Source: Naegleria gruberi
Taxonomy: Eukaryota
Assembly: GCA_000004985.1 (NCBI GenBank)
Contig: GG738852.1
Reading direction: 5' to 3' (one strand)
DNA: 64,000 nt
Each line of letters opens with the position of its first letter. Position 1 is the first letter of the stretch. Both the position numbers and the translations under genes were made by a program. Positions 12,102 to 23,214 of the stretch are shown here, piece by piece. The notes under the pieces are model-generated. The model did not search any database, had not been told where the DNA came from, and was given only the letters and a program-made list of their open reading frames with translations.

Positions 12102-13832
12102 TTAATTATATTTTGTTCCTTTGAACTCTTCTTCATTTTGAGTGCTACTTTGAATATTTCCATACTTTCTCTCATAAACTCTAAAGACTGCAACAATAGG
12201 AACAATGTAAATTGTTCTCATCAAGAAGAAGAGATAAACCAAAAGGTAACCAGCTGTAATTCCACCTCTTACACCAAGATCACTAATGTCAAGAATTTTG
12301 AGGGTAGCACTCCAAAGAATGAAAACAACTGGAGCCATAATAACAACAAGCAATACCTTAACCCAGAATAATTTTGGTCTAAAGTTGGCAACCTTTGCAA
12401 GTGGATGTTCTTCACCTGATTTGGAGATGAATGGCTTTTGTTCTTTCTTAGTCTTTTTCTTGGCATCTTGGCTTTCCAAATCGACAGCATCATCGTCACT
12501 TTCTTCATCACTAACCATTTCTACTGAATTAGTGGAAGCTTGTTGCTTATTACTCAAGTCAAGAGTTATTTCAGCAATAATAAACTTGTAGAAGAATAAA
12601 AGTACAACTGAAACAGTTGATGTCACCCAAGCATAACAAATAGTCCATCTGAGGAGAATGTCCCATTCATTTGATTGAATGGCATTGAAGAATAAAACTG
12701 AAATAAATGAAGTTAATGCCATCAAAATACAAGATATATATCCGATTCCTCTAATCTTTGAAGAAGTATTCATATTTGAGAAAAAAACTCTTCTCAAAAA
12801 GTTTCCACAAAAACCACAAGTGAAATCGTAAAGAGCAGACTTGTTGAAAAAGCTTTGTCTTCCAATAAAGTTGAAACATAGAGCAGCAACAATAATTGGC
12901 AAGATCAAGAGGAAGAATGGTGTAAAGTCAGGTGTGATTGATTGAACTGGCAATCTATTAAAGTAAGAAACCCATTCTTGACTCAAACCAAGGAATGGAT
13001 AAGAGTACCAATCCCAAGGTTTGACATACAAGTTATAGTTAATGATTCTCATACCTTGATTAACCATGTAATCCCAACTTGGCCTGTATGTATAATAAAG
13101 AGGTTCAAATCCATTCCAGTGAACTGGTAATCTAACAAGACCATCTGCCTTGGTATTACCCTCTTCAAGCATTGTATCATCAGCATATTCCGCAATTCTC
13201 CAATTATAATAAGTATTCAAGAAAGCTTGAGCGTTTCTATCGTAGGCCTTCTTGAGAACCTCTTCTTCTCTAGCAATCATATCATCAAAAGTAGCAATAC
13301 TTGGTTTAATAGCCATAAAGAAGGTATCCAAGTCATCAGGAATGGTCATTGAATTTGTTCCGCAAACCTTTCCTTTACACTTGAATAAACTATCAATATT
13401 ACGTTTAACTAGAACGTCTGTACTCAAGAAGATGACATTGTTAAAGCCATACTTTTCCAAATACCACAAAAAGATGTATGGGTAAATTTGTCCCTTTGAT
13501 GAAGGAATTTCATGAATAATAGTAATCTTGTCCTCCTTAAGAACTTTCTTACTTCTCTCGCTAACTCTATCTGTTACGATTGCAACAAATGGATGGGTTG
13601 ATTTAGTCTCTCGTACGCTTTTATGAATAACACGTACAGCAGCTAAATGTGAATCATCATCAAGTATTGTTACAAAGGCTTCTGATGATTTTTCTGTTGG
13701 TAAATTATCAATTGGATAAAGTAAACTAGATTGAGTATTTGCTCTCACAAATCCCGAATTTAAAACTACCACTACAAGAGCAAGACACAATAAAATTGTA
13801 TATAAAATCGATGAAGTTCTGGGTATTATCAT
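12102..13832 (-). CDS. GT8 (glycogenin-like) glycosyltransferase with a C-terminal multi-TM domain (PGSIP6/IPUT1-like architecture)
   Basis: N-terminal signal anchor. FVTILDDDSHLAAVRVIHKS...VAIVTD... and LSTDVLVKRNIDSLF (DxD-type) motifs typical of GT8. The C-terminal third has six or more hydrophobic helices. Confidence 0.6.
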   Translation of the reverse strand: MIIPRTSSILYTILLCLALVVVVLNSGFVRANTQSSLLYPIDNLPTEKSSEAFVTILDDDSHLAAVRVIHKSVRETKSTHPFVAIVTDRVSERSKKVLKEDKITIIHEIPSSKGQIYPYIFLWYLEKYGFNNVIFLSTDVLVKRNIDSLFKCKGKVCGTNSMTIPDDLDTFFMAIKPSIATFDDMIAREEEVLKKAYDRNAQAFLNTYYNWRIAEYADDTMLEEGNTKADGLVRLPVHWNGFEPLYYTYRPSWDYMVNQGMRIINYNLYVKPWDWYSYPFLGLSQEWVSYFNRLPVQSITPDFTPFFLLILPIIVAALCFNFIGRQSFFNKSALYDFTCGFCGNFLRRVFFSNMNTSSKIRGIGYISCILMALTSFISVLFFNAIQSNEWDILLRWTICYAWVTSTVSVVLLFFYKFIIAEITLDLSNKQQASTNSVEMVSDEESDDDAVDLESQDAKKKTKKEQKPFISKSGEEHPLAKVANFRPKLFWVKVLLVVIMAPVVFILWSATLKILDISDLGVRGGITAGYLLVYLFFLMRTIYIVPIVAVFRVYERKYGNIQSSTQNEEEFKGTKYN

Positions 13833-14122
13833 TTTCCCACTATACTAATTAATAAAAAATTATTAATGGCCAAGTTGTTCGTATTGTTGTTGTTTTTAAA
13901 CGTTTCTCTCGTTTCCGTTGTTGTTATCTGTTAGCAATCGAACAAATTTTCCTTTACCAACTTGGCGCAATTTTTTTTTTAAAGTATTTTGGAACGTTGG
14001 CTTGCAAACGTTCATAATCCTAATCCAACTCAGCAAGTTGATGACGAATGGAAAAGTGCAACGTTCGAATTGGATATGGATTAATGAGCGAAGGAAATGT
14101 TTAAAAACTATGGGCTGTATGG

Positions 14123-15298
14123 TCAATCACGATTATGGTGTGTTTTATGGTGTTGATGATGGTCAAGTACTTTTTCATTCATGGATTGGAAATTCATTTG
14201 GATGGAATGAAGGAGAGCTAGTTGTGCTCTTGTTCTGATGAGATTGTGTTGTGGATAGGTAGTTTTGTAATAGGTATCACCGTTGATGTAATCTGTTAGA
14301 AATCTCAATGCCTGCTCAAAGGTAATATACTTGGCACTGAAAGCTAGATATTCAATTTCGATATCTGTGAGGAATTTGTAACCCTCAGAGAGATATCCAT
14401 TGGTAAAGCTTTCGAATATGTCCATTTTGAGATGAATGTTTTGAGTATTTGGATCATCTTCTGTAGATGTGTTACAATACGAACGAATGGCATCTCCAAA
14501 ATCATTCAATACTGTACTGCACATTACAGTGTCAAGGTCAATTAAGCAACATGCCTTATTGGTCTCAGTATCGAATAAAATATTACTTAATTTCGTATCG
14601 TTATGAGTAATTCTCAGTGGAATTTTGTTACTTTCTACCAATTCCCAAAAATCAATCATTTCCTTTCTATAATTTTCCACAATTCCAATTTCATCTTTCA
14701 CTTCCTCCAATCTGTTAACAATATTCCTTTCAATGGCTTGATCAAATTGTTCAAATCTGAATTTAATATTGTGAAATCCAGGTAACACATCCTTAATAAT
14801 GCATTCTCTATTTTCATAGGTGATATTTCCATGGCTCTCAGAAACCAAATCAGAAAGCATATTCTGGAATTTTCCAATCATTTTACCTCCTTCAAACGCC
14901 AACTCTTCCGAATCAGCCTTTTCATGAGTAGTGGTATTTTCTATAAACTTAAACATGGTCCAATATTGAGAGTTTTCCGAATCTTGATTCTCAATCAATT
15001 TGTAAAATAATTTTCCATCATTGATGGTAGGAACAATAGAAAGAGTCTCCCTATCCGGATTTCCTCCCAATTTTGCAATTTTCCCTCTCAAATGTTCAAT
15101 CACGAGGGAAATATTATTCATCATGAGTTGAATGTTTTTAAATATTTTGTGATTCTTTCGTTGGAGAATGTATTTATTGTTCGGAGAGGGAATGTTAAGT
15201 TCTACCAGATAGGTATCATTGATGAGTCCACTCGGAATTGGTTCGATATTTATATTTCCAAGATTTGGACCTAAAAATTGGCTTACGATTTCATTCAT
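14123..15298 (-). CDS. Aminoglycoside-phosphotransferase / choline-kinase-like (APH family) small-molecule kinase
   Basis: N-terminal GLINDTYLV nucleotide-binding-like motif. HNDTKLSNILFD...CLIDLDTV catalytic (Brenner) motif. Confidence 0.55.
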   Translation of the reverse strand: MNEIVSQFLGPNLGNINIEPIPSGLINDTYLVELNIPSPNNKYILQRKNHKIFKNIQLMMNNISLVIEHLRGKIAKLGGNPDRETLSIVPTINDGKLFYKLIENQDSENSQYWTMFKFIENTTTHEKADSEELAFEGGKMIGKFQNMLSDLVSESHGNITYENRECIIKDVLPGFHNIKFRFEQFDQAIERNIVNRLEEVKDEIGIVENYRKEMIDFWELVESNKIPLRITHNDTKLSNILFDTETNKACCLIDLDTVMCSTVLNDFGDAIRSYCNTSTEDDPNTQNIHLKMDIFESFTNGYLSEGYKFLTDIEIEYLAFSAKYITFEQALRFLTDYINGDTYYKTTYPQHNLIRTRAQLALLHSIQMNFQSMNEKVLDHHQHHKTHHNRD

Positions 15299-15340
15299 TT
15301 TTTTTTGTTGAAATACTTTACAATGACTATTATTTAATAA

Positions 15341-16516
15341 TTATTCTTGATCATCTTCTGCTTGATAATTTTCATCATTAGCATCTTCCTCTTCGTAATA
15401 TTCATCATCTTCATCAATATCTTCCTCATAATCCTCATCATCATCTTCCTCATCTTCTTCCTCATCATCGTCATCATCCATGTAAAGTGAAATTGGTCTT
15501 CTAATTCCAATGAGAACTGTTTTCATTTGAGTGACAAAGGCAACATTATTGGCCTCATCTCCCTCAATGCAGAATGCAAGTGTGAAATCATCCGTCTTGT
15601 CTGAGATAAATTGATTCGTTTCAAAGGTATTTCTTTGTAAAATCAAATTGATAGAGTGTTTCTTTTCCTGCTCTGAAACATATTCCTGTAATTTGCTGAC
15701 ATAGAGACAAATTTCAATTATCTTTTCTTTGAGTTCCTTTTTAATGTTTGCATGATTGGCTTCAATACTGTCCATGAAACTTAAATATGATCTCGATGTC
15801 AAGTACCAAATCATTTTTGGAGTTGAAGTTGTAACATCATGTTTCGAATAGGAAGCACTCATACCAAGATTTGGAATATTTTGCTTTGGAATAATTGAAA
15901 AACTCAATGTAAATGTTGAGCTTTGTCCCATTCCCAAATCTTTTGTAACTTGTTGACCTTTAAATGTTGAGAGAAATCTGTTTTGAAACCAATTCACATG
16001 TTTGACTTGTTCCAAAGGATAATACCTCGATGCCAATTCAAATGCCTTGCTCACTCTCATCATTTGAATGATTTCTCTCAATGTAAGAAATGGAAATATG
16101 TGATTATTAATAATTTTGAATGGAATTTGCTTTTTACAAATAGAATACTTTAACTTTTCAAGATCGGACCTGAAAGATTCATGATTTTGTGTTTTCTTTC
16201 TTTCCTTGATGAGTGATGATCTCATCTGACGAGCAAATTCTTCAATTTTTCCAATATTTAATTTTCTGTCTTCTGATGATGAGGTTTCGTCTGTTGGATT
16301 TTCGTTTTCTTGTTGAGGAGGATTGGCTGCCTCTTCATTATCGTCATCATTGGTTGATTCGTCATCTCGGGATTTAGTTTTCAACATGTCGTTGAATAGT
16401 TTCTCCTTCTCATGATATTCCTTTAGTCTTTGTTCAGTTTCTCCTAACAAATCACTATCGAATAAATTTTCAAAATTACCCAGAAGAGAAAGGTTCTTAA
16501 ATTGTTGTGGAAGCAT
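15341..16516 (-). CDS. Hypothetical protein with an F-box-like motif and a poly-acidic (D/E) C-terminal tail
   Basis: IPFKIINNHIFPFLTLREIIQMMRVSKAFELASRY; C-terminus DDDDDEEEDEEDDDEDYEEDIDEDDEYYEEE. Confidence 0.4.
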   Translation of the reverse strand: MLPQQFKNLSLLGNFENLFDSDLLGETEQRLKEYHEKEKLFNDMLKTKSRDDESTNDDDNEEAANPPQQENENPTDETSSSEDRKLNIGKIEEFARQMRSSLIKERKKTQNHESFRSDLEKLKYSICKKQIPFKIINNHIFPFLTLREIIQMMRVSKAFELASRYYPLEQVKHVNWFQNRFLSTFKGQQVTKDLGMGQSSTFTLSFSIIPKQNIPNLGMSASYSKHDVTTSTPKMIWYLTSRSYLSFMDSIEANHANIKKELKEKIIEICLYVSKLQEYVSEQEKKHSINLILQRNTFETNQFISDKTDDFTLAFCIEGDEANNVAFVTQMKTVLIGIRRPISLYMDDDDDEEEDEEDDDEDYEEDIDEDDEYYEEEDANDENYQAEDDQE

Positions 16517-16677
16517 TTTTTTGTAATTGGTTAATTGGTTTTTGATGTGAAATATCCAGTTAGTTTATTATTGAAATAGAGCTTCATTTTGAGTTAATTG
16601 CTTTCACATCAAATGTTTAGTCTTCAAATGCCTCAATTTTGTTGATGTCTTAAATTTCTTAATATATCATCTTGTTA

Positions 16678-18483
16678 TTAGTAATCATTCCATAATCCAA
16701 TATCCAATTTTTTCTCATTAAGTTCAAATCTTGCACTGTTGTGTCCACAAAGACATTTGCAAATATCATTGAAACAGAATGATTGAATTCCATCAAACAT
16801 ATCTCTTGGAATGATTGGGGAATGATTGGCAATTCCTAGTAAATTTGGAATATCAAAATGCTTTGGAATATTGATATTTAGTGGAGAATCTCTTTCAAGG
16901 TATAAACTAATAATTTGAAGAGCTGTTTCTTTTGTAATTGGTAATTTTCCTGTTTTGAATAGCTCAATATCATACCAAGCTAACATTTGCTCTGGATGGT
17001 AACCTCTTCTTGCAATATCCAAAATTTCTGCATACGCATCTCCTTCTTTTAGTTTGATTGCAACCTCCATTGAAATTTCTTCGCTATTCTTTGAGTCATA
17101 TCTCACAGAATACAAGACAGGAAGGAATATTGTAACAAATTGTTCAATGGTACAATAGAATAACATGCAAGTACCAAAAGGAAAGAAATAGTCAACCAAT
17201 TGGACTATAATATCAATTTGACTAGTAATAATATAAATAAGACAAAAGATGAGTTGGACAACCACTACAGCTAGAGTTTCTTTCTTAATATACCAAATAT
17301 CCTTATCAGTCCTAATAGAAAGAATGACAAATATTGTCTCAATAATTATATAAATAACGGCCTCACATGTAACCAAAATAGAGGTATTCTTCTCCACAGA
17401 ACATCCTCTATCAAATAAAAAGGTTCCTCCATCTACAAAGAAAAGTTTTGTTTCCACAAGCTCATCCGAAACTCCAACTGAGACCCAAAGAGCTACATGT
17501 ATAAAAACAATCAAAATAAGTGCCGGTATTAAGAATTTTGAGCTCAAAAGAAATGAGTAAATTTTGATAAACCTCTTCTTGCGTTCAATGTCCCTGTTTG
17601 ATATTGCAGATGCATTTGTTGTTTTGTTTTCCGAATAAATACTTTGATCATGCATTTCATGTTCATTGCCTAATTCTTTCTGCAATGTAAACAGTTCAAT
17701 TTTTTTCTTACAGAGCTTAAATTTAAAGAAGAGTCTAAAGCATTTGTAAATGGTAGGAAGAAAAATACTTGCAGGAAATAAAAAGTAAATGCTCGAGTAC
17801 AAAATGCATGGAAATGCAGATCTCCCAACTATGAATCTAATACTAAGAATTGATTCAAATATCACATTTCCAGTTAGTGAAAATAATAGAGACAATGGAT
17901 GCCTCTCCTTAATGTGCCTACTCTTCCATTTCCACACTAGGCCAATAAAAGTCAAGAATGTTATCAGTAAATAGATCAAGTAAAATATTGCAGATAGAAT
18001 TGGTGTGAAAATAGTGTCAGGACACAGCCCATAAATCTCTGTAGGCCTCTCCTCTCTCGAATAGCCTCCATTAAACAGAAAAGGATCGCAACTCGTCGCT
18101 ACAGATGCATTATAATTTGGAGTTGTTGAGAGTATGGTATGAAATATTTGGTCCATGTATTCCTTAACTACATGGTCATGCAAGCCTAGATGTTGTGCTA
18201 TTGATTGCACAAACGTATTTTCATTTACAGACGATGATGAAGATGTCAATTCCAAATCATGTTCCGAACAAGTCACAACATTTATCAAAGTACTCATCAA
18301 GGCCACCATTATCAATGTATTTAGAAAAAGCCAGTTAGTTTGTTTCATCTTTTTAAAGCCAAAGTTTATGTTATATTGATGTTGCTGTTGATGTTGTTCT
18401 TCTTTTCGTTGGTGAGTTGATGAAATTGCTTTTGATGTCATTGTGCGTTCATTCTTTTTTTTATGGGATTCAAAAATGTTCAT
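16678..18483 (-). CDS. Seven-transmembrane receptor-like protein with a C-terminal RGS (regulator of G-protein signalling) domain
   Basis: Seven hydrophobic helices between about residues 150-460. The C-terminal ~130 aa (ISMEVAIKLKEG...MLAWYDIELFKTGK...LQIISLYLERDSPLNINIP...MFDGIQSFCFNDI) matches the RGS-box pattern (xFWxxVExFK ... IYxxYL...INI...). Confidence 0.55.
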   Translation of the reverse strand: MNIFESHKKKNERTMTSKAISSTHQRKEEQHQQQHQYNINFGFKKMKQTNWLFLNTLIMVALMSTLINVVTCSEHDLELTSSSSSVNENTFVQSIAQHLGLHDHVVKEYMDQIFHTILSTTPNYNASVATSCDPFLFNGGYSREERPTEIYGLCPDTIFTPILSAIFYLIYLLITFLTFIGLVWKWKSRHIKERHPLSLLFSLTGNVIFESILSIRFIVGRSAFPCILYSSIYFLFPASIFLPTIYKCFRLFFKFKLCKKKIELFTLQKELGNEHEMHDQSIYSENKTTNASAISNRDIERKKRFIKIYSFLLSSKFLIPALILIVFIHVALWVSVGVSDELVETKLFFVDGGTFLFDRGCSVEKNTSILVTCEAVIYIIIETIFVILSIRTDKDIWYIKKETLAVVVVQLIFCLIYIITSQIDIIVQLVDYFFPFGTCMLFYCTIEQFVTIFLPVLYSVRYDSKNSEEISMEVAIKLKEGDAYAEILDIARRGYHPEQMLAWYDIELFKTGKLPITKETALQIISLYLERDSPLNINIPKHFDIPNLLGIANHSPIIPRDMFDGIQSFCFNDICKCLCGHNSARFELNEKKLDIGLWNDY

Positions 18484-18935
18484 AACAATTTACTAATAAA
18501 TAAACTGAAGCACCGTATTGTGGATTTCTTAAATAGTCCTTCAGTGATGAAAATGGTAAAATGAACGATTTTCTTGTTACTTTGTGTTGGCATTTATAAC
18601 ACACTAGTTGAGAAAGTAAACAAGTGATTAAAAATCATTTCAACAATATTGCCAGTTCTCAGCCCGTAAAGAGTTACCTTAATGGAACAGTTTACAAGCA
18701 ACTCAGTAATTGTTTGCGTAAACAACTTTATTCTCTGATTTTCACGTGAGGATGGCTTACATGAACCTGTGTTTTATCTTCGTGTTGCTTCAACAGGCTC
18801 ACAATTTTTGTGTGCCCTTCTGTTAGTGCTATTTCCATTGGTGACTGAATTGTTAATGCTGACCAGAGCTGGCAGACAACTTACCAGCTTTTGGTTGTTT
18901 AAAAAAAGTGTTTCAGAGCCAATAATTTTAAATAG

Positions 18936-19694
18936 TACTTACTTCATCCTTATTTTGTTATAATGGCTTGTAAGGTGGAGAATACATACATTTTTAAAAA
19001 CCCACTACATAATAGAGCTTTAACATGCTTTGTGTTCCTCAACTTACATCCTTAAATAATCGTAAACATCATGTTGATGTGATTATCACATACGAAACTT
19101 ACAGTCTGCATGTTGTTAAACATCATCACACATGCCAGAAACTTACAAACTTTAGGACGTAAAAACAACATTTAACGGAAAATGGACTTACTTGCTTAAT
19201 AATATCACACAACATTATTTACATCAACATCTTAAATACATACTCCTCTTTTAACATCAACTCCTACAACATTCACTAATAATTGAGGAGTCTTCATCAA
19301 TGCATCCATGTTCAATGTTAAAAAAAGCTTACCTCCTATTACATCTTTCAAATGTAAATATTACAAGAAATACTTACATACTAATAATCAAGGTCATTAA
19401 AATTGATTCTTGAAAGCATGTAAAACATACAATCTATGTACATTTAGAAAATCAAATAAGCTGATCACTTACATCCTACATGGAGTGAGATCACTAATTC
19501 ATACTGCATACTTACATACTGGATGGCAAGTGAGTATTCAAATAACGAACATACGTACAGACTTGAATCATTCAAATAATAAGACTATATACATCGAAAG
19601 GTACTCACATACTATCGGATTATTTAAGTGGAGAAAATGGGAGTAACTTACACTCTGACAAATTGTAAAACAAGTTCAAAAGAAGCTCACTTAC
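18936..19694 (-). other. Array of closely spaced consensus 5' splice-site motifs (GTAAGT on minus strand) at roughly 45-nt periodicity, mostly in the configuration YAG-NNT-GTAAGT. Putative 3-nt micro-exon chain or recursive-splice/decoy tract downstream of the ankyrin exons.
   Basis: Plus-strand ACTTAC occurrences at about 18937, 19042, 19097, 19141, 19187, 19328, 19373, 19467, 19510, 19551, 19601, 19646, 19689. The reverse complement reads e.g. cag|AGT|gtaagt, atag|TAT|gtgagt, ccag|TAT|gtaagt, gtag|GAT|gtaagt, ttag|TAT|gtaagt, aaag|TTT|gtaagt, gcag|ACT|gtaagt, taag|GAT|gtaagt. Confidence 0.5.
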
Positions 19695-20491
19695 TCCTTT
19701 GTTGACATCAATCCTTTTTGATTTTAACAATATTTCTACAATGGCTAAATTTTCACTCTTACATGCAACATGAAGGGGACTCTTTTGATCTGTTAGAATG
19801 TCTTCAATCCATGCTACATACATACTAAACAAAAGGAAGAGACAATGGAACAATACGAATTGGAAATGAAACTTACGTAGTTCTATTAGATTGAAAGTCA
19901 ATTTTCCTTGTCAAAAAATTGAAATTGCTTACATTCTTATTACAATAATATTACAGAATAACAAGGATTGAATCTTACATTTTCCTATTTGGAATACTTC
20001 ATGTAATCTTGATTCTGAACTTACATACTAACATTATTATTTCTGATATATTGTTCAAATGCCTAAGACAACTTACTCCTCTATTTACATCAACTTCATC
20101 CCTTTCCACCAATAGTTTTACTATATTGACATGCCCGAACGTACATGCTGTATGTAAGGGAGACTTTTGAGAGATTAATTTCTGGTCTTTCCTCAAACTA
20201 CACTTACATTCTAATCACGCCAAATTCAATTCCTCAGATTATTGATAACTACGTACAGCCTTTTTAATAGAATCCAGTAAATTTTGATATCCACAAACTT
20301 ACTCCTTTATTTACATCAATTCCTTTTATTCCCAACAGAAATTGTACATAATCTGTATCACCTCTCTCACAAGCCTCAATCAATAATGTTTTCCCTTCAA
20401 CTTCATCATTGATAAAGCTTTCAAAATTCCGAATCTGACAAAATTGATGAAAGTTTCCGCTTCTAAGAATATTGAATGCCTTTTGAGCCAT
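19695..20491 (-). CDS. Ankyrin-repeat protein. Three recognisable coding exons (A 20303..20491; C 20077..20163; D 19695..19781), each ending ...DVN(K/R)G|GTAAGT. Exons C and D are exactly 87 nt and start after YAAAAG|.
   Basis: MAQKAF...GKTLLIEACERGDTDYVQFLLGIKGIDVNKG; SPLHTACTFGHVNIVKLLVERDEVDVNRG; SPLHVACKSENLAIVEILLKSKRIDVNKG. The spacers between them can be parsed as 40-100-nt introns separated by 3- or 6-nt in-frame segments (AAT; TAT, GAAAAT, AACTAC). Confidence 0.6.
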
Positions 20492-20582
20492 TTTTTAAGA
20501 GATGATTCATCTCCTCTATTGAGGCTCATCATTATATTTTCAAATGTAATGTAATTCAGTAGTGACAGATGGAAATTACATT

Positions 20583-21185
20583 CTATTCAATTTCGCTCTT
20601 CAATTTTTCATAGATTGTCAAGGCTACTGAATCAGAGTCAATCTTATCCTTTCCCTTGCAGAGTGATTTGGCCATTTCCTTATCAACCTCCACGAGAAGA
20701 AGTTTATGTCTCGATTTACCTCCTCTATCTAAAGTTACTCTTGATTTTGAAACTCCCAAAACACCTGATACGTAATCACATAATTCCTTGTTGGCTTCTC
20801 CTTCTTTTGGTGGTGCAGCAATGTGTACTCCAATTTCTTCATCATTAATATTAGCTATTTGACTTGATGAGCTGTTAGGCTTAGCCAATATTGTCAATCG
20901 GATTGAATAGGGTAAATTTGCAGAGGCAATACTAATTGATTTTGGAATGGCAGTGCTGCTGCTACTTGATGAATTGCTACTACTGGCACTGCTGCTACTT
21001 GTTTCCGTCTTTTTCTTAGGAGCCATGATGGTAGTGAATGACGATGAATTAAATCTTTGATATGAACAGTGAGTGTGATATTCTGAGAGTGAACTAATCG
21101 GTGGTGAATAGATTAATGATGATGAGCCAATAATAATATTGTTATGTTTCTGATGAAGATGTCTTATCAAGCCTCTCTTCAACAT
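20583..21185 (-). CDS. DUF167 / YggU-family protein with an S-rich N-terminal extension
   Basis: [47 protein letters not shown] matches the conserved core of UPF0235 (DUF167). Confidence 0.55.
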   Translation of the reverse strand: MLKRGLIRHLHQKHNNIIIGSSSLIYSPPISSLSEYHTHCSYQRFNSSSFTTIMAPKKKTETSSSSASSSNSSSSSSTAIPKSISIASANLPYSIRLTILAKPNSSSSQIANINDEEIGVHIAAPPKEGEANKELCDYVSGVLGVSKSRVTLDRGGKSRHKLLLVEVDKEMAKSLCKGKDKIDSDSVALTIYEKLKSEIE

Positions 21186-21676
21186 GAATTATTTTTTCCA
21201 ATTTCTATCAATTAATAAACAATCACGATGAACAATAATTTCATCTTCATCATTTAAAATTCAGTCCAATATATGAGAGTATTAAACCATTTGATTCAGA
21301 AATTAGAATGAGAATAATATTCATCTTTTGATCCGACTAATCGCAATAGAAGACATTAGATTGTAGCACATTTGCAGCGCTGCAATCTTTCGCATCCAAC
21401 GGCTAACAAAAAAACAAGGGAAAATCAAACTCTATCTTCATCAAGTAAATCGGAAATACATCAAAGCCTCCATTAAGAATATTATCATCACCAACAACAA
21501 TTAATTGGATGAATAATAATTAAATAGAATAGTATTAATGAATATTCCTTCCTGGTAATAATATAATTATACAATGCCACCAAATATACCAATAGTTACA
21601 GTCACAACATCGACTACTTTAATTCCCAAACACAGATCATCAGCTGCTGTTCATAATACAAGTGGAGAAGGCTCGG

Positions 21677-23214
21677 ATGAATCACCAATTCCTCATCTCG
21701 ATCACAAGATATCTTCACCATTCCGTACGGATGACGTCGAACAGACAACAACAATTGAATAATAATAACAATGGTCAACAATCATCCTCTCCTAACATGA
21801 TGAATTCGAATAATTCTATATTCTTTGTAATTTGCTTTTGTTATTCATTCTTTTGTTCTGGATTGTCTATTAGCATGATTGGACCTCTATTGCCATCCTT
21901 TGTTGCTCAAATTAATTTATCAAAGTATAGAGAAGGTGACATGACAAAAGTCTCATTAGAGGATTTAGGATTGGTATTTCCGAGCAGAGGTTTAGGAACA
22001 ATGTTGGGAAGCTTGTTAGGAGGATTCTTATTGAATTATTCAATCAAACATTGCTCGAGACAACAACATTTAATTCCACTCTTATTTAGTACTACTGGAG
22101 CTATTTTCATGTTATGTGCAAAAGTTTCATTACTTTTGGCTTCACAAGTTCAAGTTTTTGCAATTATTTACTTTGTAGTTGGTTTTTGTAAGTGATTTAT
22201 TTTACAATTATTGAAATAATCCCAACAATTACAGCACATGGATTAATTAATGTCAGTTCTAGTAGTTATATTTTGGCCAAATTCCCTAAAGAGAAGGTTA
22301 CTTTTTATTTTCAATTATTGAATGCATTGTTTGGATTGGGAGCTGTATTTGGACCATTCTTGACAGCCATAACAAAAAAGTATTATTCTAAATCTATTCA
22401 AACCAATGTAGTTGCAGTAGCTATTCTTTCAGATAGTGCCACTACAAAGGCAATTATTATTACATTAATGCTATTATCTATTTCTATTTTCCTTTATATT
22501 TCCGAGATTAAAAAGACCAAGCCAATCAATTCATCATCACCACAAAAAGAGTCCAATAGTGTCACTAATTGGAGTTCTAGAAATATCAAGATTATTGTAT
22601 TTATTTGTTTGGGAATTGTTTGCGTGACAGGTGTTGAACATGGAGTTGGTGGTACTTTGTATTCTTTTATTCATACAAAGAATTTAACAACAGAATCAGA
22701 GGCCAGTATGATAAATTCATCCTTCTGGCTTTCATTTACATTGGGAAGAATTATTAGCATTTTCCTTTCCTACCACATGAGATCATCATCAATTTTGGTT
22801 ATGGACCTTGTTGGTTCATTATTGAGCTCAGTCCTCTTTTTACTTTTCAATGATAATGTTTCAGCAATATGGGCAGCTACTGTGCTTCTTGGTCTTTCAC
22901 TTTCTTCTCAATATCCAACATTGCTTTCATTCCCTTCCTCATACTTAGACATCAAAGTTTCGAGCATTATCACATCATTATTTATTGTGTGTGGAGGTGT
23001 TGGATCAATGGTATTGCCTTACATTATGATTTCACTTTTCAAGTTGAAGGGACCTGAGAGCATGTTTTATGTCTTGTTCTTTACCCTCATCGTGGTTTCA
23101 TTTATTTATTCATATCTGATTCTTGGTTTCAAAAAGAAGATTCTTGACCCATATTTAGGAGGTATTATTAGCGATACAGTCTATGAAGATGATTCATTAA
23201 AGAGAAGAAAATAA
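21677..23214 (+). CDS. Major facilitator superfamily transporter (MFSD4-like); 2 exons (..22187, 22235..23214; 47-nt intron)
   Basis: Twelve hydrophobic segments across ORFs 21662..22195 and 22192..23214. These are joined in frame by GTAAGTGATTT...ATTACAG. GPLLPSF-type MFS motif. Confidence 0.7.

Noticed and set aside
18769-18963. 64-aa plus-strand ORF between the 7TM-RGS gene and the ankyrin tract
   Set aside because: It lies in an intergenic/3' region, is short, has no homology, and both flanking genes are on the minus strand.
21330-21420. Palindromic gcagcgctgc element upstream of the MFS gene
   Set aside because: Single short palindrome in a promoter region, with no repeat copies or RNA-gene features. 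Likely incidental.
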